This document shows positions 8,900 to 17,122 of a DNA stretch of 50,465 bases, in pieces. The stretch is from Candidatus Bipolaricaulota bacterium (GTDB lineage: Bacteria > Bipolaricaulota > Bipolaricaulia > UBA7950 > UBA9294). The position numbers and the translations under genes were made by a program. The stretch is taken from assembly GCA_034715975.1 (NCBI GenBank), contig JAYEFP010000031.1:1-50465 (forward strand), read 5' to 3'. The notes under the pieces are model-generated. The model ran no database searches and had not been told where the DNA came from. It saw nothing but the letters and a program-made list of their open reading frames with translations. Position 1 is the stretch's first letter, and each line of letters starts with the position of its first letter.

Positions 8900-11800
8900 A
8901 TGTCGCAGTATGAGAAGCTGATCAAGACTCCTGTCGATCGAGAACAGGAAATCCTAGCTTTTTGGAAGGAGAAGCAAACGTTTCAGAAGTCACTGAATGC
9001 GACCAAAGACGGCCCGAGGTACGTCTTCTTTGAGGGGCCGCCGACGGCGAATGGGAAGCCGCACCTTGGGCACCTGATGCCGCGTGTCTACAAGGACCTC
9101 TTTCCCCGCTACAAGACGATGCAGGGGTTCTACGTCGCGCGCAAGGGCGGCTGGGATACGCACGGTCTTCCCGTCGAGATCGAGGTCGAGAAGGCGACCG
9201 GTATCAATAGCAAGCCGGAGATCGAGGCGTACGGTGTGGAGAAGTTCGTTAAGCGCTGCAAGGAATCGGTGTGGAAGTACAAGGGTGAGTGGGAGCGGAT
9301 GATCGACCGGATGGGTTTCTGGATCGATCTTGAGAATGCCTACGTCACCTACACCGATGACTACATCGAGAGCGTGTGGTGGGAGCTTTCGCAGATGTAC
9401 AACCAGGGGCTGCTCTACAAAGGGCACAAGATCCTTCCTTACTGTCCGCGTTGCGGGACCGGCCTTTCCTCTCACGAGGTGGCGCAAGGGTACCGCGTGG
9501 TGAAGGATCCATCCATCTCGGTGAGGATGATGATCGTCTCAGATAGTGATACGCAGTACGAGTTGGAGCTTCCGGGCGCGACGTCTCTCCTTGCCTGGAC
9601 GACAACCCCGTGGACTCTCCCGGCTAACGTTGGACTTGCTGTAGCGGAGGATGCGGCCTACGTCGAGGTTGAACAAGACGGCGAGCGGATCATCCTTGCT
9701 AAGGAGCTACTAGAACGTGCCCTCGATGGGGACTATCGCCTTGTGCGCGAGTTTTCCGGAGCGGATCTGGTCGGTCTCTCCTACGAGCCGCCGTTCCGCT
9801 TGTTGGACGATGAACGCGCCTACCGTGTGCACTCCGCCTCCTTTGTCAACATGGAGGACGGAACGGGAATTGTGCACACGGCACCAGCATTCGGTGAGGA
9901 CGACTACCAGCTTGGTCTGGAGAAGGATCTCCCGTTCTTCCAGCCTGTCGATCTCGCGGGGCGGTTCACTGAGGCGTTCCCTATGTGTGAAGGGGTGTTC
10001 GTCAAGGATGCCGATGCGACAATTATCGAGGACCTGAAGACGCGCAGGATCCTGTATCGGCTTGCTCCATATGAGCACGATTATCCGTTCTGTTGGCGCT
10101 GCGATACACCGCTCCTTTATTATGCTCTCGATTCTTGGTTTGTGAAGACAACAGCGGTGAAGGATCAGATGATCGCCAACAACGAGTCCATCAATTGGTA
10201 TCCCCCACACGTGGGGACCGGACGGCTCGGGGACTTCCTCGTTAACCTGAAGGACTGGGCCCTCTCCCGCGATCGCTATTGGGGGACGCCACTCAACCTG
10301 TGGGTCTGTGAGGAGTGCGGGGAGACGATTGCCGTCGGTAGCCGCGATGAGCTTGTGGAGCGGGCCCTCGATAAGGACCTGGCGAAGAGTGTTGAGCTGC
10401 ACCGCCCGTACATCGATAAGGTGGATCTTAACTGTCCCAAGTGCGGTAAGACGATGCACCGCGTGACGAACGTGATCGATACCTGGTTTGATTCGGGATC
10501 GATGCACACTGCGCAGTGGCACTACCCGTTTGAGAACAAAGAGAAGTTCGAAGATTCGTTCCCTGCCGACTTCATTTGCGAGGCAATGGATCAGACGCGA
10601 GGCTGGTTCTACACTCTCCTTGCCACGAGCACGATCGTCCACGGCCAAGTGCCGTACCGCAACTGCGTCGTCACCGGCCTCGGGCTCGACGAAGATGGAA
10701 TAAAGATGAGTAAGAGTAAGGGAAACGTGATCGATCCCTGGGATCTGATCGACGTCTACGGCGCGGATGCCCTGCGCTGGTACCTGTACTCGTCGAGTGC
10801 GCCCTGGAAATCCAAGCGCTTGGGCGGGGATGTGGTTAAGGATGCACTGTACAAGTTTCTTGATACGTTACGCAACACCTACGACTTCTTCGCTCTGTAC
10901 GCTTCGATCGATGACTTCGATGCGCAGCGCGACAAACTTGTTGAGGATAATCTAACCGCTCTCGATCGTTGGATCCTCTCTCGTCTGGCGACGACGGCGA
11001 AGGAGGTGGCGGACGGTCTGGACGCCTACGATGTGGTATCAGCAACGTCGGCGCTCGACGGATTCCTGGGCGATCTCTCCAACTGGTACGTACGTTCATC
11101 GCGACGGCGCTTCTGGAGAGGAGGGATGGGAAGCGACAAGGTTGCCGCATATGCGACGCTCTATCATGTGCTGATGGAGTTGACTAAGCTCCTCGCCCCG
11201 TTTGTCCCATTCATCAGCGAGGCCATCTACCAGCGACTCCGCATTGCCGATGATGTTGAAAGTGTACACCTGTGCCGCTTCCCGACACCTCCCGCTGATG
11301 CTATTGATCGTGATCTGGAGGATCAGATGGATCTTGCCCGCAGGATCGTCTCCCTTGGGCACCAGGCGCGTAATCAGGCGCAGGTGAAGGTGCGACAGCC
11401 GCTTGCGCGCGTCATCGTCTCCACTGGAGAAGGGGAGATCCCCTACGCGGCGAATCCCTCCGAGGTGAGCCTCTCCGAGGTGAGCCTTTCCGGAGAGGTC
11501 GTGGCTCTAATCGATACGGAACTGAACGTGGAGAAGGTCGAGCTCTCACCCGATCTGTCAAGGTACTTCACAGAGATTCCCACCCCCAACTTTCGCACCC
11601 TCGGCCCGCGACTTGGGCCGCAGGCCAATCGTGCTGCGGAATGGATCAAGCGGCAAAGCGCGAAGTCGATTCGCGACGCGCTGAGCGCCGATGCAACAAC
11701 GGTGAATATCGAAGGTAAAGAGATCACGATCAACACCGATGATGTGATCTTTGAAGCGCAGCTATCGGAGCGATTCGTTCTTGTGCAAGAGGGTGCGATG

Positions 11801-12112
11801 CGCCTGCTCTTGGACACGCAAGTCGATGCTCGACTGCGGGAAATGGGCTGGGTCCGTGAAATTGCCCATCGCGTGCAAGTGCTGCGTAAGGAGGCGGGAT
11901 TCGACGTGACAGACCGCATCGCACTTGCCTACGAGGCGGATGAGGCCACGGGGCAGGTGATGGCGAATAATCGCGAGGCGATCGCCGCTGAGGTGCTGGC
12001 AACTTCGATCGAGGATAAGATCACCGGCGAACAAGAGATTGTGCAAGAACTTGCGCTTGATGGTACAACGCTGAAGATCGGATTACGGCGTGTCGATGCA
12101 AACGGAGGGTGA
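8900..12112 (+). CDS. ileS: isoleucine--tRNA ligase (long, type-2-like form)
   Basis: PPTANGKPHLGHL (HIGH), KMSKSKGN (KMSKS), an editing-domain insertion and a long C-terminal extension. Start placed at ATG 8900 (GAAGGAGAG SD) rather than the track start at 8885. Confidence 0.95.
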   Translation: MSQYEKLIKTPVDREQEILAFWKEKQTFQKSLNATKDGPRYVFFEGPPTANGKPHLGHLMPRVYKDLFPRYKTMQGFYVARKGGWDTHGLPVEIEVEKATGINSKPEIEAYGVEKFVKRCKESVWKYKGEWERMIDRMGFWIDLENAYVTYTDDYIESVWWELSQMYNQGLLYKGHKILPYCPRCGTGLSSHEVAQGYRVVKDPSISVRMMIVSDSDTQYELELPGATSLLAWTTTPWTLPANVGLAVAEDAAYVEVEQDGERIILAKELLERALDGDYRLVREFSGADLVGLSYEPPFRLLDDERAYRVHSASFVNMEDGTGIVHTAPAFGEDDYQLGLEKDLPFFQPVDLAGRFTEAFPMCEGVFVKDADATIIEDLKTRRILYRLAPYEHDYPFCWRCDTPLLYYALDSWFVKTTAVKDQMIANNESINWYPPHVGTGRLGDFLVNLKDWALSRDRYWGTPLNLWVCEECGETIAVGSRDELVERALDKDLAKSVELHRPYIDKVDLNCPKCGKTMHRVTNVIDTWFDSGSMHTAQWHYPFENKEKFEDSFPADFICEAMDQTRGWFYTLLATSTIVHGQVPYRNCVVTGLGLDEDGIKMSKSKGNVIDPWDLIDVYGADALRWYLYSSSAPWKSKRLGGDVVKDALYKFLDTLRNTYDFFALYASIDDFDAQRDKLVEDNLTALDRWILSRLATTAKEVADGLDAYDVVSATSALDGFLGDLSNWYVRSSRRRFWRGGMGSDKVAAYATLYHVLMELTKLLAPFVPFISEAIYQRLRIADDVESVHLCRFPTPPADAIDRDLEDQMDLARRIVSLGHQARNQAQVKVRQPLARVIVSTGEGEIPYAANPSEVSLSEVSLSGEVVALIDTELNVEKVELSPDLSRYFTEIPTPNFRTLGPRLGPQANRAAEWIKRQSAKSIRDALSADATTVNIEGKEITINTDDVIFEAQLSERFVLVQEGAMRLLLDTQVDARLREMGWVREIAHRVQVLRKEAGFDVTDRIALAYEADEATGQVMANNREAIAAEVLATSIEDKITGEQEIVQELALDGTTLKIGLRRVDANGG
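11459..11488 (+). repeat. in-frame 15-bp tandem duplication inside ileS
   Basis: TCCGAGGTGAGCCTC is followed by TCCGAGGTGAGCCTT, giving SEVSL-SEVSL in the protein. Confidence 0.9.
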
Positions 12113-12113
12113 G

Positions 12114-13388
12114 ATGGCAACAGCGGTGTTGGGGATGCAGTGGGGCGACGAGGGGAAGGGGAAGATCACCCACCTGCTCGCAAAGGACGCTAAGATGGTC
12201 GTGCGGTTCAATGGTGGGCCGAACGCAGGGCACACCGTGATCGACCGTAGGGTGAAATTTGGCACGCACCAGATCCCAGCAGGTGCCTTCTATCCTGGTG
12301 TCACATCGGTCCTTGCTACTGGAATGGTCATCGACCTTGCAGTGCTGCGTGAGGAGTACGAGACGGTCGTCAAACACCTTGGCAGGAGGCCGGAACTGCT
12401 CATTGCGGAGAATGCACACCTGATTCTCCCCTATCACCGTATTCTGGAGGACTTGGAGGGGAGTGGAAAGGCAATCGGGACCACGCGGCGCGGGATTGGG
12501 CCCGCCTATCGCGATCGGGCGGCGCGCATCGGGATTCGCACGATCGATCTGCTCGATAGAACGCGCCTGGAGGAGAAACTCAGCAAGCGGTTGGATCTAT
12601 TGCGCCGTACTTGGCCACAGGCGGAATCTATCACGAGCCTTTGTGCAAGTGACCTTGGTGAGGACTTGGTCGCCTCTGCTAAGCCGTTCCTCTCGTCTAT
12701 AGGAGACGTGCCGGGAGCGATTCGGAAAGCGATGGCGCGTGGGGAAGAGGTGCTCTTTGAGGGGGCGCAGGGGGCTCTTCTCGATGTTGACTACGGCACG
12801 TATCCGTATGTTACGTCGTCCTCTACCGTCTATGCGGGCCTGCCGCATGCCGTTGGAATCGGGGCCTTGTCTGTCGAGCGTCGATTGGGAGTGACCAAGG
12901 CGTACACAACGCGCGTGGGAGGTGGGCCGTTCCCCACAGAGCTTGTCGATGATGAGGGGAGCTGGCTGCAGAATGCAGGCTCGGAGTTCGGTGTGACCAC
13001 CGGGCGGCCACGAAGGTGCGGATGGCTGGATCTCGTCGCACTGAGGCACGCGGTGCGCTTGAACGCTCCCACCGGGCTTGCCATCACCAAGCTTGATATT
13101 CTCACTGGCCTGCGCGAGATAAAGATCTGTCGCAGCTACAAGCTACACGGTCGAGAGACCACCACATTCCCTACATTGGCTGAAGATCTTGCTCTGTGTG
13201 AACCGGTCTACGAGAGTGTCGCCGGCTGGGATGATGACATCAGGAATCTGCGAGAGTACGCTGATCTGCCAGTTGCAGCGCGAGCGTATCTCGATACGAT
13301 CTCCGCTGGGCTCGATGTGCCGATCGCCCTCGTTTCCGTCGGTCCATCGTCTGAGGAGACGATCCTTACCGGCTTTGACAGGGGTTAG
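12114..13388 (+). CDS. purA: adenylosuccinate synthase
   Basis: GMQWGDEGKGK, NGGPNAGHT, TTRRGIGPAY and TTGRPRRCGW. Start moved to ATG 12114 (GGAGGG SD, immediately after the ileS stop). Confidence 0.95.
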   Translation: MATAVLGMQWGDEGKGKITHLLAKDAKMVVRFNGGPNAGHTVIDRRVKFGTHQIPAGAFYPGVTSVLATGMVIDLAVLREEYETVVKHLGRRPELLIAENAHLILPYHRILEDLEGSGKAIGTTRRGIGPAYRDRAARIGIRTIDLLDRTRLEEKLSKRLDLLRRTWPQAESITSLCASDLGEDLVASAKPFLSSIGDVPGAIRKAMARGEEVLFEGAQGALLDVDYGTYPYVTSSSTVYAGLPHAVGIGALSVERRLGVTKAYTTRVGGGPFPTELVDDEGSWLQNAGSEFGVTTGRPRRCGWLDLVALRHAVRLNAPTGLAITKLDILTGLREIKICRSYKLHGRETTTFPTLAEDLALCEPVYESVAGWDDDIRNLREYADLPVAARAYLDTISAGLDVPIALVSVGPSSEETILTGFDRG

Positions 13389-13403
13389 TGGGGCGGATAT
13401 AAT
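13375..13403 (+). promoter_or_regulatory. consensus sigma-70 promoter for rplM
   Basis: Perfect TTGACA (13375-13380, inside the purA 3' end), 17-nt spacer, perfect TATAAT (13398-13403). AAGGAG SD precedes the ATG at 13439. Confidence 0.7.
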
Positions 13404-13438
13404 TACGGTCTCAACTGGAAACTCAAGGAGTAACGATC

Positions 13439-13882
13439 ATGCAACGCACGTTTGTGGCAAAGAACGAAGAAATAGGGAAGAGCTGGGATAGGGATTGGTA
13501 CGTAGTTAATGCCGATGGCAAGCCCTTGGGACGAATGGCGAGTGAGATTGCCATAATCCTGCAGGGCAAGCACAAGCCAATCTACACTCCACACGTTGAT
13601 ACGGGAGACTACGTTGTGGTAATTAATGCCGAGAAGGTTGGCTTGAGTGGGAACAAGTGGGATCAGAAGCTCTTCCAGCGTCATACCGGCTATATAGGTG
13701 GTCTAAAGGAGATGACGTATCGTAATCTGGTTGAGCGTCGCCCAACTATGCCTGTGCGCGAGGCGGTTCGCCGTATGCTCCCCAAGAATATACTGGGCAG
13801 GCGGATGTTGCGTAAGCTTAAGGTCTACGCCGGACCCGTGCATCCGCACGAAGCTCAGGGCCCCAAGGAAATCTCCTTCTAG
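13439..13882 (+). CDS. rplM: 50S ribosomal protein L13 (uL13)
   Basis: [47 protein letters not shown] ... GMLPKN-like [11 protein letters not shown]. Confidence 0.95.
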   Translation: MQRTFVAKNEEIGKSWDRDWYVVNADGKPLGRMASEIAIILQGKHKPIYTPHVDTGDYVVVINAEKVGLSGNKWDQKLFQRHTGYIGGLKEMTYRNLVERRPTMPVREAVRRMLPKNILGRRMLRKLKVYAGPVHPHEAQGPKEISF

Positions 13883-13910
13883 CACGTTCCCGCATTCAGC
13901 CATCAGCGCT

Positions 13911-13939
13911 CAGAAGAGGAAACATGTTACTCTCTTCTG
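13911..13939 (+). terminator. weak hairpin downstream of rplM
   Basis: CAGAAGAG (13911-13918) pairs with CTCTTCTG (13932-13939). A T-rich tract follows only about 12 nt later. Confidence 0.3.
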
Positions 13940-14117
13940 TAGGTTGATGGTTGTTTTTCTTCTTTCAGATCCACGGCTGAGCGACAGCAGACATTTGTCT
14001 GCACCTCCCTAGACAAAGCAGGGGACGACTCTCGACACCGTTCCTTTCTCTCAATCACCCATCTGCGCTAGACTTCGAGCAATGAAACACGCATGCACAC
14101 GGGTGGTGGGACGAATT

Positions 14118-14747
14118 ATGTTAAGTAGAACGCGTGGCACGTTGTACGGGCTTATCATCCTCCTGGTTGTTCTGACGGCGGTTGTGCCGGTCTTCGGCCA
14201 GAGGGAGAAAGTAGGTGTCTTCGTACAGGCGGCGGTGCCAGTTCCGGCAGCACAGCTAGAGATCTTGAAGAGCTACGCCAGTCAACACTGCGCGATCATC
14301 ACAGGTTGTGGGGTTGCATCTGCGGGGGAGCTGATGTATGCGCAGCGACTTACGAACACCTACATCGGGAATAGCGTTCCCCTTGCTGGAATGCGGAAAC
14401 TGGCGCAGGCGCTTGATGCGGATCATCTAATTGTGTTTCGCATAGTACGTTGGGAGAATGCCATCTCATTCCGTCCTGAGCGTTCTCTGCTCTTCCTAGG
14501 GGCTAGCTCCTTCCTTGGCGATTCAATGAAGTTGCTCACCAGTCCACTCGGCCTTCTGATGGGCATGGACAAGATAGCAACAGTGAGCGTCTTTGTCACG
14601 GTGTTTAGCTCTTCTGGTGACATAGAGTTTACAACGACAGTTACTACGGAAGACAAGCCTCTCTTCTCGCTATTGACGGCGGACCCGACAGAGGCTGCGA
14701 AACAGGCAATCGATGAAGCGCTGTACCAGTTGGCGGTCTCGCTGTGA
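14118..14747 (+). CDS. exported or membrane-anchored hypothetical protein
   Basis: Start set at ATG 14118 (GGTGGG SD). The N-terminal hydrophobic segment is LYGLIILLVVLTAVVPVFGQ. The KVGVFV...ADHLIVFRIV pattern is reminiscent of small periplasmic lipoprotein-like folds, but I recognise no family. Confidence 0.45.
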   Translation: MLSRTRGTLYGLIILLVVLTAVVPVFGQREKVGVFVQAAVPVPAAQLEILKSYASQHCAIITGCGVASAGELMYAQRLTNTYIGNSVPLAGMRKLAQALDADHLIVFRIVRWENAISFRPERSLLFLGASSFLGDSMKLLTSPLGLLMGMDKIATVSVFVTVFSSSGDIEFTTTVTTEDKPLFSLLTADPTEAAKQAIDEALYQLAVSL

Positions 14748-14801
14748 GTTCTAGTGCGGAGGGGAGGGTAACTGACGTTACAGACTTTCAAGGAAGGTGA
14801 T

Positions 14802-14810
14802 TGGTATAAT
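14802..14810 (+). promoter_or_regulatory. extended -10 promoter (TGgTATAAT) upstream of the 14867 gene
   Basis: TGGTATAAT at 14802-14810 with no good -35. It lies 57 nt upstream of the SD-supported ATG at 14867. Confidence 0.45.
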
Positions 14811-14866
14811 GAATGTGGTGTATTCTTGCAAACTTAGCGAAAAAGATGAGCACAAAGGAGGTAGCA

Positions 14867-17095
14867 ATGAAGGTGTATAAGGTCAGCCTTTACGGCCTTG
14901 TTCTCCTCTTGGTACTCGGCACCCTCCTCTTCCCGGCGAGTGTACTTGCCCAGGAGTCAGGGTACTACACGGTTAGCCAAGGGGACAAACGGGTGCAGAT
15001 TACGCCGCTTGCCGGTCCGACTACTGCTAGTGATTACTATGATTTGACTGACAACCAGTCGAACACCGGCCTGGAAGAAACGAACACCGCGGTGTTGTTC
15101 CTGTATAGCAATACAACGACGGGCGAAGTATCACTGTTCGTTCTTCTGAGCGGTACAGGGGGAACAGCCGGGGCAACGACAATGACGCTCTCCGGTGTAC
15201 CAGCCGCAGCGGGCTTCACAGTACAGGATGACGGTACAATGGACTTCCGCGAGGTATGGGAGCTTACTCCCCCCACAGGGAATGTCTCCTGGACGTGGGA
15301 CGATGGAAAAGCTGACGGAATGGTTCTTGGACCACTCGGTAGAGAATTCGAGATGAACATGTTCCCGCAGTTCACGTCCGGAATCACGGCGGTGAAGTTC
15401 CTCTCCGGAGACCTAGCTTCTCCGCAAGAAGTGGACCTGAATCTGCTTGACGCGATCATCGTCAAGGGCACGCCGAATGAACCGCCGCAGGTGTCGTTTG
15501 GCACCTCGCCGGCCAAGGCACATATCAATGAGCCGGTCGCGTTCGATGCTAGTGCTACGTTCGATCCGGACGGATCAGTAGTTGAGTATGCGTGGGACTT
15601 CGATGGTGACGGGCTCTTCGATCAGACGACCGCTGACCCCATAGTCACTCACAGCTACATCATAGCTGGGACAAAGAGCGTAACCCTGCGGGCGACTGAT
15701 TCTGATGGAGCGACTGAGCGATTGACCATGTCTCTTGACATATCTGACCTCGCGGTCAAGGTTACGCGCACCATCTCCACGGTTGCCGCACTTCCTGGAA
15801 GCACATTTAAGGTTGTTGTCCGCATTGAGCCAGAGATGGATCTTGCCGGTGTTGGGCTAGAAGAGAATCTCCCTGTTGGCTGGAAGATAAAGCCGTTGGA
15901 GAATGCTGGTGCCGCCTTCAAGCGAGCAGCAGTACAGTGGGTATTCATTGACGAGATTAAGTCAGGAACGACCAAGGTCATCTCCTATGAAGTGACGGTT
16001 TCCGATAGCAGCCAGCTGGTCGCTACCACTATCCCTGTATGCTTCGACATCACTGGGATATTCCAGGTTCGAACACCGGGGATTGAGCTTCCTGTTGATG
16101 GCGACTCGACAATCGAGATCACTGACGCGCTTCCGCTGAAAACGGCGATCGCGCACCTCGTCCCGAGAATCGGCGAGGACAGTGAGGACACGATCGATCT
16201 GCGCTTGTCGCAGAAGATAGCGCCGAGTCAGCTGAACCGCGCGCTCGAGATGTGGCAGAACGATGAGTACGTGCCGTGGACACAAGGTGCGACCATCGAC
16301 CTGGAAGGGATAAAAGAGATCTCGGCGTACGCCTACACGTGCACGCCGGTCGATGTCGACCTTCCCGCGGTTCCGCAGGCCAATATTAACGCCGTGCGCA
16401 CAATTGCCACACCTGTACCGTGCAACAATGTGCTGTTGAACTACATTGGTAGTGACGGGAACCTCGCTGGGAACACGTTCACCGTCAAGGTAGAAATCAG
16501 CGCCGATCAGGACATGTACGGGGTCGGTCTGGCTGAGGATCTGCCGACCGGATGGAAGGTAACCCCGATTGAGAACGATGGGTTCATATACAAGCGTTCT
16601 CAGGTGGAATGGGTCTTCCCGAGCAAGATCCCGGCAGGCGCGATGAAGATCATCATCTACCAGGTTGAGGTTCCACAGACACAGCCGTTCGAGACGAACG
16701 CGAGTGATCCTTGTTACGTCAGCAGTGATGACATACAAGGGATCGTCGATTCGGCCCTTCCTTGCCAGGATACGCACGTGACGGGTGACAGCACGATCGT
16801 GATCAGCGATTCGGTCCCCGTCGTTGTCGCTATCTCGCGCTGGGATGTTGAGAATGATACGATCGACATCAACCTTTCTGACAAGATCTCTTTCCAGCAG
16901 GTGCAGCGTGCGATAGCATTCTGGCTGGAGGACGAGGTTGTCCCGCGTACTGGTGGACAGACAGTCACCTATGAAACACTGAAGACGATCATCGCCTACT
17001 GGCTGACGAACACGAATATCTGTGATTCGCTGCCCGGAGGGGTGCAGGGAGCCTGTGATGGCAGCCCCGCTTGCCTCCCATGCGGCGGCAAGTAA
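14867..17095 (+). CDS. exported modular protein: N-terminal beta-rich domain, PKD repeat, 2 x (LPxGW domain + helical WL module), Cys-rich tail
   Basis: AAGGAGG SD and ATG at 14867. Signal peptide ends ...FPASVLAQE. PKD signature is YAWDFDGDGLFD...SVTLRATDSDG. Two copies of the GVGLxExLPxGW domain are each followed by a helical module. Confidence 0.8.
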   Translation: MKVYKVSLYGLVLLLVLGTLLFPASVLAQESGYYTVSQGDKRVQITPLAGPTTASDYYDLTDNQSNTGLEETNTAVLFLYSNTTTGEVSLFVLLSGTGGTAGATTMTLSGVPAAAGFTVQDDGTMDFREVWELTPPTGNVSWTWDDGKADGMVLGPLGREFEMNMFPQFTSGITAVKFLSGDLASPQEVDLNLLDAIIVKGTPNEPPQVSFGTSPAKAHINEPVAFDASATFDPDGSVVEYAWDFDGDGLFDQTTADPIVTHSYIIAGTKSVTLRATDSDGATERLTMSLDISDLAVKVTRTISTVAALPGSTFKVVVRIEPEMDLAGVGLEENLPVGWKIKPLENAGAAFKRAAVQWVFIDEIKSGTTKVISYEVTVSDSSQLVATTIPVCFDITGIFQVRTPGIELPVDGDSTIEITDALPLKTAIAHLVPRIGEDSEDTIDLRLSQKIAPSQLNRALEMWQNDEYVPWTQGATIDLEGIKEISAYAYTCTPVDVDLPAVPQANINAVRTIATPVPCNNVLLNYIGSDGNLAGNTFTVKVEISADQDMYGVGLAEDLPTGWKVTPIENDGFIYKRSQVEWVFPSKIPAGAMKIIIYQVEVPQTQPFETNASDPCYVSSDDIQGIVDSALPCQDTHVTGDSTIVISDSVPVVVAISRWDVENDTIDINLSDKISFQQVQRAIAFWLEDEVVPRTGGQTVTYETLKTIIAYWLTNTNICDSLPGGVQGACDGSPACLPCGGK

Positions 17096-17122
17096 TTTCG
17101 TTCAAGCTTAAGGAGATGATCG

